From a candidate division FCPU426 bacterium (GTDB lineage: Bacteria > Oederibacteriota > JAUXIB01): a stretch of 41,873 nt of DNA. This document shows, piece by piece, positions 18,081 through 27,532 of the stretch. Location of the stretch: the NCBI GenBank assembly GCA_030621225.1, contig JAUXIB010000003.1, forward strand, positions 1 through 41,873. Direction: 5' to 3'. The notes under the pieces are model-generated. The model saw only the letters and a list, made by a program, of their open reading frames with translations, searched no databases and had not been told where the DNA came from. Each line of letters begins with the position of its first letter. The first letter of the stretch is position 1. The translations under genes were made by a program, and so were the position numbers.

Positions 18081-19993
18081 CATACCTCCCTTTTGTTTTA
18101 TTTGTTCTCTTTGTAGGGACTGTCCTATGGCTTTCTTTTTACTTTGCCAATAAAACCAAGAGCGCCAGCGGTTATTTTGCCGCAGGCGGAGAGATTCACT
18201 GGGCTGTAAACGGTATAGCTTTTGCCGGGGATTATCTTTCGGCCGCTTCCTTTCTGGGCATCTGCGGTATGATCGCGGTGGTCGGTTTCGATGGATTTCT
18301 CTATTCCATCGGCTATTTAGCGGGGTGGATCGTTGCTCTTTTTGTAGTCGCGGAGCCGTTGAAACGTATGGGCAAATTTACTTTTGCTGACGCGCTTGAC
18401 GCTAAATTTAATTCGAGGGGGATCAAGATCTTCGCGGCCATTAGTACGTTAGTCGTGTCGATCTTTTATCTGATTCCGCAGATGGTCGGGGCGGGTGTGT
18501 TAGTAACCCCACTACTGGGATTGCCGCACTATGTGGGGGTGATAATGGTTGGAGCGATAGTTATCACGATAGTAGCGACCGCCGGTATGACTTCAACTAC
18601 CTATGTTCAATTTCTTAAGGGGGCTCTTCTGATAGTGTTCTCTTTAATACTTTGTATTGCTCTTTTTGTTCGCGGCTTGAATACTGAGCCGGACCAAGGT
18701 GGTGCGGTCCCGTTTTATAAATACGCGACACTTGAGACGGTGAATCAGGCCGGTGAGGTTAAGCCGTTGGATGCTTCGTATCTCAAGCAGGGAGAGGTTG
18801 CTATTAAAGATAAGACCTTTATTAAGCTTGCTAAAGCTGGAGTTACAAGCTGGTGGTTAAAGGACATTAACTCGGATGGAGCGGTCGTACTTCAGGAGAC
18901 GCAGTCCGAGGTCGCGGTTGCCGGCGGGCAGATGCTGGTAAACGGCATGCCTAAGTCCAAGGAAAATCAGCTTCGTCAGGTGGGGAATCTTGAAAAGATC
19001 GAAGGCAAGAGTGGTAAGCAAGCCGAAACAGGAAGCGTGAGCCCTTTTGGTTTTCTGGCTAAATTTACCAATAAAGATACTATTGTCAAGCGGTGGGAGA
19101 AGCTTGCTTTCAAGGACGGCGGGGATGATGTGTCCGTTTATTATGCGGTGACTACCCCGGGGAATAAAATAATGCGGCCAGGGATTAAGTTCAAGGTAGA
19201 GGGGACGCTGGTGGAGCGTTTGGACTTCATTTCTTTGATGCTGGCCTTATTTTTTGGCACCGCGGCTTTGCCGCATATTCTGATCAGGTACTACACGGTG
19301 AAAACGCCTGCCTGTGCCAGGAAATCTACGATTATCGCGATTGCCGCGATAGGTTTCTTTTATGTGCTAACATTATTCATGGGGTTAGGCGCGATGGTCA
19401 GCGGCGTACTGAATGTGACCACGAGTAACATGTCGGCGCCGTTGTTGGCCAAGTCGTTCGGTACCTTCCTGTTCTCGATGATCTCAGCGATTGCCTTTGC
19501 CACGGTGCTGGGGACAGTGAGCGGACTTATTGTCGCTGCCTCCGGCGCTGTTGCCCATGACCTGATGGATCGTTATGCAGGGGTGATTAAGTCAGAACAT
19601 CAAAAGGTAGTCGCCGGTAAGATCGCGGCTGTAGTCGTAGGGGTTATCGCGATAGTCTTAGGGATCCTCTTTAAAGGGATGAATGTTTCATTCCTGGTTG
19701 GCTGGGCCTTTGCCGTAGCTGCTTCCGCTAATTTGCCCGGTATCCTTATGGTCTTGTTCTGGAAAAAGACCACGGCCAAAGGCATCGTGGCTTCGATCAT
19801 CGTTGGTATCGTTTCAGCGCTCGGCTTGATTTTGATATCGCCGAGTATGTACGTGCGTTATGGACTTGATCCGGATACCGCGCTGATCCCGTTTAGTAAT
19901 CCGGGGATCATTTCAATACCGTTAAGTTTTATAACGATAATAATCGTTTCGTTAATGACTCAGAAGAAACAAAGTTTAAAGACCGCTAGTTGA
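18077..19993 (+). CDS. actP: Cation/acetate symporter ActP-like (SSS family) with large soluble insertion
   Basis: GIAFAGDYLSAASFLG, YLIPQMVGAG, FGTAALPHILIRYYTV, AFATVLGTVSGL, AFAVAASANLP. Substrate is not certain. Confidence 0.85.
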   Translation: MTYLPFVLFVLFVGTVLWLSFYFANKTKSASGYFAAGGEIHWAVNGIAFAGDYLSAASFLGICGMIAVVGFDGFLYSIGYLAGWIVALFVVAEPLKRMGKFTFADALDAKFNSRGIKIFAAISTLVVSIFYLIPQMVGAGVLVTPLLGLPHYVGVIMVGAIVITIVATAGMTSTTYVQFLKGALLIVFSLILCIALFVRGLNTEPDQGGAVPFYKYATLETVNQAGEVKPLDASYLKQGEVAIKDKTFIKLAKAGVTSWWLKDINSDGAVVLQETQSEVAVAGGQMLVNGMPKSKENQLRQVGNLEKIEGKSGKQAETGSVSPFGFLAKFTNKDTIVKRWEKLAFKDGGDDVSVYYAVTTPGNKIMRPGIKFKVEGTLVERLDFISLMLALFFGTAALPHILIRYYTVKTPACARKSTIIAIAAIGFFYVLTLFMGLGAMVSGVLNVTTSNMSAPLLAKSFGTFLFSMISAIAFATVLGTVSGLIVAASGAVAHDLMDRYAGVIKSEHQKVVAGKIAAVVVGVIAIVLGILFKGMNVSFLVGWAFAVAASANLPGILMVLFWKKTTAKGIVASIIVGIVSALGLILISPSMYVRYGLDPDTALIPFSNPGIISIPLSFITIIIVSLMTQKKQSLKTAS

Positions 19994-20005
19994 TAGAACG
20001 GGGAG

Positions 20006-21148
20006 ATGATTATGCGACATAATAAGGTCCTGATTATCGCGGTTCTGGCTGGGTTGGTCATGTTGCCGGCTGCCGTGTTGCAGGCGGCGGACGTTGAAGA
20101 AGAGGCAACGGTTCTGACCAAGGTTCCTGTTGGTTTGAAACTATACGGTTTCATCAAAGCCGACGCGGTTTTTAACGATTCTGTCGGGGATACATTGATT
20201 ATGAATGCTCCCTGGGAAGGTGATGCCGTGGATGATAATGAATTTAATATCACGGCAAACTGGAGCAGGATCGGTTTCATATTTGACGGTACTCAGCTGG
20301 GAGAGTCGGGGAAGGTGACCGGTAAGATCGAGGCTGATTTCTGGGACAGCTCCGACTATGATCTAAGACTCAGGCAGGCTTTCCTGACCGTTAGCTATAC
20401 TAAGTGGTCGCTGCTGGCCGGGCAAACCTGGGACTTTTTCTCGCCGTTTGGGATCGGCAGCCTCAATGATGGTTACGGCTGGCACGCCGGTAATATCGGC
20501 AGTCGTCATCCGCAGGTGGTATTATCGGCGAATTGCGCCAAGAGTTCCGCGGGTAAAGTGACCCTCAAGCTCGGTGCGATAGATGCTCAAGATGACGCGC
20601 AGGAAACAAGCGGTTATCCGGTGTGCGGCGGACTGCTCGGCATCGAACGGATGGTAGGCGGCGTTTCCGTAAATGTTTATTACGCCGGTATTTTTGGCAC
20701 GGCCCAGAGTGATGGGGCTGAGCTGGAGATCTCGGCGCAGACCACCGGAATGAAGCTGAAACTTTGCCCATGGTTATCGATAAACGGCGAAGGTTACAGG
20801 GGCTATAAGCTGGAAGACTTTATGGCAGGCAGCAAGATCGGTGTTTCTGATGGTTCGGAAGTCCGCACCAGGGGCGGTTGGCTGGAAGGTGTGATAAAAC
20901 TCAGTGATAAGCTGTCGGCCACCGGCGGCGCCGGCATTGATGATGTATATCCTGATCGCCAAGCGTACATCGACGAGGACGGGAACAGGCTCTGGCATCA
21001 GAACGTAATGCACTACGCTAACTTAAAGTATAAAGCCGCGCAGAACCTGACCTATGGTCTAGAGCATCAGTGTTTTATTACGCAATATGCTGATGGGGTG
21101 GAAGGTAAAATCAATAGGATCCAGGGCTCGATGATTTATGGTTTCTAG
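20006..21148 (+). CDS. DcaP-like outer-membrane porin
   Basis: Signal peptide, LKLYGFIKADAVF, ANWSRIGF, GKIEADF, LRLRQAF, LLAGQTWDFF; C-terminal Phe. Confidence 0.75.
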   Translation: MIMRHNKVLIIAVLAGLVMLPAAVLQAADVEEEATVLTKVPVGLKLYGFIKADAVFNDSVGDTLIMNAPWEGDAVDDNEFNITANWSRIGFIFDGTQLGESGKVTGKIEADFWDSSDYDLRLRQAFLTVSYTKWSLLAGQTWDFFSPFGIGSLNDGYGWHAGNIGSRHPQVVLSANCAKSSAGKVTLKLGAIDAQDDAQETSGYPVCGGLLGIERMVGGVSVNVYYAGIFGTAQSDGAELEISAQTTGMKLKLCPWLSINGEGYRGYKLEDFMAGSKIGVSDGSEVRTRGGWLEGVIKLSDKLSATGGAGIDDVYPDRQAYIDEDGNRLWHQNVMHYANLKYKAAQNLTYGLEHQCFITQYADGVEGKINRIQGSMIYGF

Positions 21149-21151
21149 TCC

Positions 21152-21241
21152 TGTGTTGAGCTGAAAATGACCGCTTTAGGGTGATAGAATAAACTAATAA
21201 AAGATAAGTGGGTCGCGGGTTGAAGGTTAAAAGTTCCAAGT
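21152..21241 (+). repeat. 90-bp direct repeat, left copy
   Basis: TGTGTTGAGCTGAAAATGACCGCTTTAGGG...GGTTAAAAGTTCCAAGT; 89/90 identical to 22405-22494. Confidence 0.95.
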
Positions 21242-21381
21242 GAAAACGGAGGCACGGTGGTCAGGTGGTCATACCTTCGGTGGTAAAGTTGAAAGTATTT
21301 AAATGAGCCCTGGTCTTGTGCGAGAACGCAGTAGGGCTGATCGTTTTTCTCGTCGATAGCCATTCTAGAGGCAAGAAGAGG

Positions 21382-21771
21382 TTAACTATTCAGGAGTCCT
21401 TTTACGTGTTCCGCGAACTTTAAAATATCACGCAGAACAGAAGATCTGTCGAGAGATTCTTTTGTGATTTCTGAGGTATCATAACGGAGTTGAACGGCAA
21501 AATCAGTCAAATCCTTCAACGGTTGGAACCTATCGGGAACCTGCTCGCCATTTTCATCAAGTAAGGCGAAAAGTTCTCCGAGATCATGGGTCTTGGGATA
21601 CTCAATGCCGGATATGCTCAACCAGGCCTTAGCTGTTTTTTCAACCGCTTGCTGGGCATGAAACCCGAAAATTGCGTTGGTAAAAGTATCAACGTCATCC
21701 ATGCCCTTGAGAGCTTTCAAGTCATTGGCGGCTATGTCAAACATCGCCTGAGCGTGCTTAATGTCTTTCAT
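21382..21771 (-). CDS. HEPN domain protein (putative toxin)
   Basis: FHAQQAVEKTAKA, KTHDL and LRY motifs. ATG 21771 overlaps the MNT stop (TATGAAAGACATTAA), implying translational coupling. Confidence 0.88.
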   Translation of the reverse strand: MKDIKHAQAMFDIAANDLKALKGMDDVDTFTNAIFGFHAQQAVEKTAKAWLSISGIEYPKTHDLGELFALLDENGEQVPDRFQPLKDLTDFAVQLRYDTSEITKESLDRSSVLRDILKFAEHVKGLLNS

Positions 21772-22093
21772 ATAGCACTTTCCCTTTACGCAGACAACGA
21801 GCGATAATATGATTAACGGAACAACGCCATTTTTCAACTTCACTCGTGCTATAGACTAGGATATCTTTGGGGATACGGTAACTGGATAATGCTTTTCGGA
21901 TGCGACTCATTTCTTCGCGTCGACTGTTCTTCGGCCCAAACGTTTTTCGCTCTACGACGAGGAAGTCTATGTCCGAATCGACATTCGCGTCTCCGGAAGC
22001 GTGAGAACCGAAGAGGATGACCTGTTCCGGAGTAACCTCATCTACGATAGCTTTTACCATTTCATCAAGGACTTGATTTGTAACTTTAAGCAT
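21758..22093 (-). CDS. Minimal nucleotidyltransferase (MNT; putative antitoxin)
   Basis: ILFGSHASG..DSDIDFLVV (GS-x10-DxD), 111 aa, ends GKVLYE. Confidence 0.92.
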   Translation of the reverse strand: MLKVTNQVLDEMVKAIVDEVTPEQVILFGSHASGDANVDSDIDFLVVERKTFGPKNSRREEMSRIRKALSSYRIPKDILVYSTSEVEKWRCSVNHIIARCLRKGKVLYERH

Positions 22094-22404
22094 ATCTTAA
22101 TTATACGTCACGCAAGTTTGCGGTTCAATGTTTTATTCTGATACTTTAGAGTAATAGGGATCCTGCTTGAGCTGATCCAGTGATGTTCTTTTCATGGTTA
22201 AGCGAACATCATTGACTGCGATGTTTATTACCGGGGGCGGAAAATGGTTCCCACATATTTAGTCAGTGACTCAGTAGTGCCCCCGGTAACACGGGGCATG
22301 CAAGCTAAACGCTTGCTCTAATAGATACCGTTAATAACCAAGATGAGAACTATTCATTGCTCATCCTTAGTATATTTGCTACCTTAAGACTGACACATAG
22401 ACTT

Positions 22405-22494
22405 TGTGTTGAGCTGAAAATGACTGCTTTAGGGTGATAGAATAAACTAATAAAAGATAAGTGGGTCGCGGGTTGAAGGTTAAAAGTTCCAAGT
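22405..22494 (+). repeat. 90-bp direct repeat, right copy
   Basis: One C/T difference from 21152-21241. Confidence 0.95.
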
Positions 22495-22527
22495 TTGTCG
22501 TTGTAGGAGCGTGACAAGGATTCGAAA

Positions 22528-23799
22528 TTGGACCACATTAATATAAAAAAGGTGCTTGCGGCGATAAAGGAGCCTGACGCCTACGGTGGCAACCCCGAAT
22601 ACTGGCAGGAGGCGATGGAGGCGATGCCGCATGGCTTGTTGCCATTCCTGGATAAGGAAGTTTTGCCCGCGCGGGTGAAGGACGCTAAGCTTTCCGATGA
22701 TCACATCGAGCTGCTTGCCGCCGTGGCGGCGGAGGTGGAGCGGGACGCCGAGCTTAGCGCTTTCGCCTGGTATATGTACTGGCGCGTCTTCGTTGTGCCC
22801 GAGAAGGGCGTTCCCTGGGGCGCGCCGTCACTGCTGAAACGGCTGGGCAAGCAAGCGGGACTATTCTATCTGCTCTTGTCGCTTGAGTGGCCGCCGCGCT
22901 TGAAAGCTTACCACGAGAAGCTCGGCTACCCGCCCGCGGTTACCGACGATACGCTGGGGCAGATCCCTGGCTTTGAGGAGAACCACAAGCGTGGCCGGGG
23001 CGAGCTCGGCATCTACGAAAACCAGTTTCCCTGGCTGGCCACCTATATTTCCACGCCTTACGTCAAGCTGGGGCGTTTTGAGTATCAATTGCACCCCTAC
23101 GGCGGTGGAGTGAGCGTTTGGCGGCGCGAGCAGGACGGCGTTGTACTCGCCCTGGCCGAGGACGGCACAAGAGTGGGTGATGACGGTCTGCGTCTGGTGG
23201 GTGAGGAGGGCGGTTGGACGGCGAGCTTGAAGGAAACGGACGATGTGGTTACGGGTTACCCGGTGGATCCTTCAGGTTACTATGTAAAGAAGGAAGTGCG
23301 CCTGCCCCGCCCTGACTGGACGTCCTATCTCAAGGCGGGGGAGACGGTGCTCGACCTGCACATCCCCGCGGGAGGCAAGATGGACTGGGAGGGTATGGTA
23401 GCGAGCTTTAAGCAGGCGCCCGCTTTCTTCAAGAAGCACCACCCTGACCGTCCTTGGCAGGCGCTTATCGTCACCACTTGGTTCGCGGACCCGCGCCTGG
23501 CGCAGGTGTTGCCCGAGGATAGCAACCCGATGCTGTTGCAGCACGCTTCCTATCTCTACCCCAGTCGGCCCGACCCGGATTGTCTCTGGTTCATATTCCT
23601 TTGCCCGGTGAAGGGAGCGGACCCCGCCAAACTGCCTCGTGATACTTCCATCCAGCGCAAGCTGGCGGAGTTCCTGGAGCAGGGTAACACCTGGCACGGC
23701 GGCAGTTTCCTTATCCTGCCCGAGGATGTGACGGAGCCGAAGCTGGACGTCTACCGGAGGGGCTTTGAGAAGCTGCGGCAGGAACTGGGTGTTGGCTAG
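22528..23799 (+). CDS. GNAT-like acyltransferase-domain protein (DUF5596 / GNAT_C-like)
   Basis: KLGRFEYQ, VLDLHIPAGG and TWFADPRLAQVLPEDSN match the pattern I recall for this family. TTG start with AGGA SD. Confidence 0.7.
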   Translation: MDHINIKKVLAAIKEPDAYGGNPEYWQEAMEAMPHGLLPFLDKEVLPARVKDAKLSDDHIELLAAVAAEVERDAELSAFAWYMYWRVFVVPEKGVPWGAPSLLKRLGKQAGLFYLLLSLEWPPRLKAYHEKLGYPPAVTDDTLGQIPGFEENHKRGRGELGIYENQFPWLATYISTPYVKLGRFEYQLHPYGGGVSVWRREQDGVVLALAEDGTRVGDDGLRLVGEEGGWTASLKETDDVVTGYPVDPSGYYVKKEVRLPRPDWTSYLKAGETVLDLHIPAGGKMDWEGMVASFKQAPAFFKKHHPDRPWQALIVTTWFADPRLAQVLPEDSNPMLLQHASYLYPSRPDPDCLWFIFLCPVKGADPAKLPRDTSIQRKLAEFLEQGNTWHGGSFLILPEDVTEPKLDVYRRGFEKLRQELGVG

Positions 23800-23819
23800 T
23801 ATTTACAGAAATTTTGTTT

Positions 23820-23970
23820 CAGGTTGCAGGTTGAAGGTTCAAAGTTTCAAGTAGGGGCGGTTGTGGGAATTGTGCAGGATACCGGAAACAGGATACGGGG
23901 GGCTGGATGAGGAATTCAGAATTAAAAATTCAAAATTTGCGGCTAGATACTAGCTTTACGCTATACGCAC
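23820..23970. repeat. Composite heptamer array (GGTTGMA, GGATAC, AATTCA, TACGC blocks)
   Basis: ggttgca ggttgaa ggttcaa agtttca (same type as the 3' end of the 90-bp DR); ggatacc ggaaaca ggatacg ggggctggat. Confidence 0.75.
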
Positions 23971-23973
23971 CAA

Positions 23974-25281
23974 ATGCCTAGAAAAAAACTGAAACAACTG
24001 GTAGGCAGTCTCCAACTCCTGGTCAAGACGCGTCTCTGGGCGCAGATCCTTGCCGGGATGTTGTTGGGCATTACCACGGGGCTCTTGCTCTCCCCCTCGG
24101 GAGCGGCCCTGGTTAGCGAAGAGAACGCCTACGCTATCTCCGGCTGGTTAGCCCTGCCGGGTTACGTCTTCCTCGCCCTGGTAAAAATGGTGGTGATCCC
24201 GCTGATACTCTCCTCGATCATCCTCGGGCTGACATCCAGCGGCGACCCTGCATACCTCAAGCGAATCTCTCTGCGCATCTTCCCGTATTTTGCCGTGATG
24301 GCGACCACTGCTGTGGTCATCGGCATCAGCCTCTCCATGCTGATACAGCCCGGCAAGTATGTGGACAGCGAACTGATCAGCAGTGCGATGGGCGGAGTGA
24401 AGGCTGAAGCGGTTGCGGCGCCCGTGGGGGCAGCAGAATCTATTTCGCTCCCCGAACGCATCGTCTCGCTAATCCCCACCAACCCTCTCGGCGCGGCGCT
24501 TGAAGGCCAGATGCTCCAGGTGGTGATCTTTGCCATCCTGATGGGCATCGCCCTGGTAGGTATAGCGGAGACGCGTGCCAAGCCCCTGCTGGATATGCTT
24601 GACTCACTGCGCGAGGTATCTATGAAGGTAGTCAGCTGGGCGATGATGCTGGCGCCCTATGCTGTCTTTGGGCTTTTAAGCCAGGTGACAATAAAGGTGG
24701 GCTTAGCCACTCTGCTTGGCATGTCCGTCTATGTCGGCACTGTCCTGCTTGGCCTATTCATCGTGCTTTGTTGGTATCTGGTGATAGCGGCTGTCTTCGC
24801 CAAGCGCTCGCCCCTGGAGTTTTTGCGGGCCATTCGTGAGGTGCAACTGCTTGCTTTCTCTACCTCAAGTTCCGCGGCGGTGATGCCTCTTTCCATTAAG
24901 ACGGCGGAGGAGAAGTTGGGTATTAGGCCGGCCATCGCCCAGTTTATCGTGCCTCTGGGCGCTACCGTCAACATGGACGGTACCGCTTGTTACCAAGTGA
25001 TCGCGGCCGTATTTCTCACGCAGGTATTTGGCATCGAGCTTACCCTGGCCAGCCTGATCCTCTTGACGATCACCACGGTTGGTGCCTCCATCGGTACGCC
25101 CTCCGCGCCCGGCGTGGGCATCGTCATTCTCGCTACCATCCTCCAGACCATTGGTGTACCTCCCGGTGGCATCGCGCTGATAATCGGCGTTGACCGTATC
25201 CTGGACATGTCGCGTACTGCGGTAAACGTGACGGGGGACCTTGCCGCTTGCGCGGTGATGAATAAGTGGTTGAAGAAATGA
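23974..25281 (+). CDS. Dicarboxylate/amino acid:cation symporter (DAACS, GltP-like)
   Basis: AFSTSSSAAVMP, PLGATVNMDGT, GVDRILDMSRTAVNVTGD. Confidence 0.95.
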   Translation: MPRKKLKQLVGSLQLLVKTRLWAQILAGMLLGITTGLLLSPSGAALVSEENAYAISGWLALPGYVFLALVKMVVIPLILSSIILGLTSSGDPAYLKRISLRIFPYFAVMATTAVVIGISLSMLIQPGKYVDSELISSAMGGVKAEAVAAPVGAAESISLPERIVSLIPTNPLGAALEGQMLQVVIFAILMGIALVGIAETRAKPLLDMLDSLREVSMKVVSWAMMLAPYAVFGLLSQVTIKVGLATLLGMSVYVGTVLLGLFIVLCWYLVIAAVFAKRSPLEFLRAIREVQLLAFSTSSSAAVMPLSIKTAEEKLGIRPAIAQFIVPLGATVNMDGTACYQVIAAVFLTQVFGIELTLASLILLTITTVGASIGTPSAPGVGIVILATILQTIGVPPGGIALIIGVDRILDMSRTAVNVTGDLAACAVMNKWLKK

Positions 25282-25284
25282 ATT

Positions 25285-25415
25285 GGTTAGTACGAACTGC
25301 TAATCTTGGGAAGCAACGAGCTACTAGCTACGAACTTCGAGCTACGAAGCAGACCACTTTATAACCCTTAAACCTGCTCAACCTTGTAACTCCTGATCTT
25401 AGCGAAGAATGAGGG
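25285..25415. repeat. 7-mer (CGAGCTA) and 9-mer-like (AACCYTGYW) arrays between convergent genes
   Basis: cgagcta ctagcta cgaactt cgagcta cgaag; aacccttaa acctgctca accttgtaa. Confidence 0.6.
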
Positions 25416-25426
25416 TCATCTCATAC

Positions 25427-26269
25427 CTAGTATGAGTAGGCCGAACCCCTTTTTATCTTCCTAATGGTATCTGCATCCGCTGCAAAAGGTGTCTCCGGTC
25501 GCGTCGGCAGCGGCAGGCGGTGGCTTTCCTCAAAAGGAGTTCCCTCCAGGTTTTTGTTGTAAGTGAGGACGGCCAGCATTTCCAGATTGACGGTATCCAT
25601 AATATTATAGGCCAGCAGGGTCTCCAGGGCTTTCTTATTTCCGTTGTTATTGTAGTCATGCCAGAGCAGGACGGCGAAGTAACCGTCGATATCTTCCACA
25701 TCCTCGCGCTCGATACCCAATGTTCTCTCGCAGGCTTTCAAGCCGCCGCGGTATCCCAGGCTGGCCAAGGGGAAGCGCAGATCGATATGCGCCTGCTCCA
25801 TCGGCGCGTTCAGATAAGAGCGGATGAAGGGCAGGTCGAACATCTTGCCGTTATAAGTGACCAGCATCTGATACTCGCTGATGTCATTCTTGAAATCCAT
25901 CAGATTATCGTCGTGGACGTAGTGGCGGATAGTCTTGCCGTCGTATAGGGCGATGGTCGTGATATAGTCACCCGGGTTGCCCAGACCGGTGGTTTCGATG
26001 TCGAGATAAGCGATGGAGTGGCGGAAATGCGGAAACATTCGCCACTGTTGGTTGGCGGCCAGACTTTTGTAGAAATAAGCCGCGTTTTCCGCGACGAGGT
26101 GCTTCTGGGATTGATCGATCGTATCTATCAATAGCTCCTGTTTGGCGGCGGAAAGCGGCAGGTCTTTCATCGCGGCTAGTTTATCCCATGAGGTAAGCCC
26201 GGCACGCCAAAGTTCCTGTTCTGTCTTTGGCCCGATAGTGGGGATGTGGGTGAAGGTGTTTTTAAGCAT
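25427..26269 (-). CDS. RNase H-like DEDD exonuclease (YprB/RNase_H_2-like) with N-terminal HhH
   Basis: HIPTIGPKTEQELW; DIETTG, TYNGKMFDLPFI, HIDL, YNIMD. ATG 26269 preferred over the ORF start at 26308. Confidence 0.85.
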   Translation of the reverse strand: MLKNTFTHIPTIGPKTEQELWRAGLTSWDKLAAMKDLPLSAAKQELLIDTIDQSQKHLVAENAAYFYKSLAANQQWRMFPHFRHSIAYLDIETTGLGNPGDYITTIALYDGKTIRHYVHDDNLMDFKNDISEYQMLVTYNGKMFDLPFIRSYLNAPMEQAHIDLRFPLASLGYRGGLKACERTLGIEREDVEDIDGYFAVLLWHDYNNNGNKKALETLLAYNIMDTVNLEMLAVLTYNKNLEGTPFEESHRLPLPTRPETPFAADADTIRKIKRGSAYSY

Positions 26270-26400
26270 GGGATACATACTACCATAAAAACAGTATCTA
26301 GTAAGCAAGGCAAGTTGCTCACCTCTTGAGGCCGGCAGGCTATTATGCTAGTATCTGTTCACTGGGTGGCAGGCATAGTTTTTGCAGCGACTAAATACTA

Positions 26401-26445
26401 GCCCTTCGACTCACTTTGTTCGCTCAGGGCCCTGCACCTGAGCGT
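26401..26445. repeat. REP-like palindrome CCCTTCGAC..CGCTCAGGG..CCTGAGCG
   Basis: cgctcagg-gccctgca-cctgagcg stem-loop. Confidence 0.55.
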
Positions 26446-26489
26446 ACTAACGTGAATGGTACAGGGATACCAGATACTGAATACTGATC

Positions 26490-27458
26490 ATGTGGCTATA
26501 TATAGTTAAACGCCTCTTACAGATGATCCCGCTGATAATCGGCATTACGCTGGTATCCTTCCTGATAATGCAGCTTGCCCCCGGCGACTTTCTCAGCCAG
26601 ATGGCGATGAATCCGCAGATCCCGCCGGAGATAATAGAGGATCTGCGCAGTGAATACGGTCTGGATCAGCCTTTGCTGGTACAGTATTTCAAATGGCTCT
26701 GGGGGGTGATTCGCCTGGATTTTGGCTATTCTTTTTCCTACCGCGCGCCGGTTGTGCATCTGGTGGGGACGCGCGTGCTCAATACGTTGATCCTCTCGCT
26801 GGCCGCGCTGCTGGTGACCTGGGTGTTTTCTATTCCCATGGGTATTTACTGCGCGGTGCACCGTGGTAAGCTGGGGGACCAAGTGTTTTCAGTGTTGGCC
26901 TTTCTGGGGATGTCCATCCCCGGGTTCTTTTTCGCGCTGCTGCTGATCTATTTCGCCGCGCGAACTGGCTGGCTGCCGACCGGTGGTATGATCAGTCCCG
27001 CACATGCCGAGCTGGGCTTTTTTGGCGGTATTTGGGACTACCTGCGTCACCTGATCATTCCGACCATCGTTCTCTCCACTTCCGCCTTGGCTTACTACCA
27101 ACGTATCCTGCGCGGCAGCATGCTGGAGGTATTGGGCCAGCAGTATATTACTACCGCGCGGGCCAAGGGCCTGCCGGAGAGGGTGGTGGTCTATAAACAC
27201 GCCTTGCGCAACGCTATTAACCCGCTGGTGACGATATTCGGATATGAGCTTTCCGCCTTGCTTTCGGGCGCGGCGCTGGTGGAGATAATCTGCAGTTGGC
27301 CGGGGCTGGGCCGCTTGATGCTCGATGCTGTTTTGAGCCAGGATCTGTATCTGGTGATGGGGGGCTTTGTAATGAGTTCAGTGCTTTTGATAATAGGTAA
27401 CCTGGTAGCGGACGTGCTGCTGGTAGTGGTTGATCCGAGGATAAGATATCATCAATGA
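26490..27458 (+). CDS. Peptide ABC transporter permease (OppB/DppB-like)
   Basis: APGDF, YGLDQPLLVQY, LDFGYSF, YITTARAKGL..VVYKHALRNA (EAA loop). Confidence 0.95.
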   Translation: MWLYIVKRLLQMIPLIIGITLVSFLIMQLAPGDFLSQMAMNPQIPPEIIEDLRSEYGLDQPLLVQYFKWLWGVIRLDFGYSFSYRAPVVHLVGTRVLNTLILSLAALLVTWVFSIPMGIYCAVHRGKLGDQVFSVLAFLGMSIPGFFFALLLIYFAARTGWLPTGGMISPAHAELGFFGGIWDYLRHLIIPTIVLSTSALAYYQRILRGSMLEVLGQQYITTARAKGLPERVVVYKHALRNAINPLVTIFGYELSALLSGAALVEIICSWPGLGRLMLDAVLSQDLYLVMGGFVMSSVLLIIGNLVADVLLVVVDPRIRYHQ

Positions 27459-27530
27459 GTCGTGCGTCGTGTGTCCCGTGTCGCGAGTCGCATATGACAC
27501 GAGACGCGTGACCCGAGACCCGTGACAGGA
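27456..27530. repeat. Heptamer hairpin array
   Basis: gagtcgt gcgtcgt gtgtccc gtgtcgc gagtcgc ... tgacac gagacgc gtgaccc gagaccc gtgaca. Confidence 0.8.
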
Positions 27531-27532
27531 CA

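Noticed and set aside
22261-22316. IS200/IS605 end or IscB omega-RNA
   Set aside because: Only a superficial GTCA..hairpin resemblance, with no tnpA/tnpB/iscB nearby.
21145-22538. ORFs 21145-21363 and 22350-22538 as a duplicated gene
   Set aside because: Their shared peptide (LGTFNLQPATHLSFISLFYHPKAV) is just the antisense translation of the 90-bp repeat; no SD and no family motifs.
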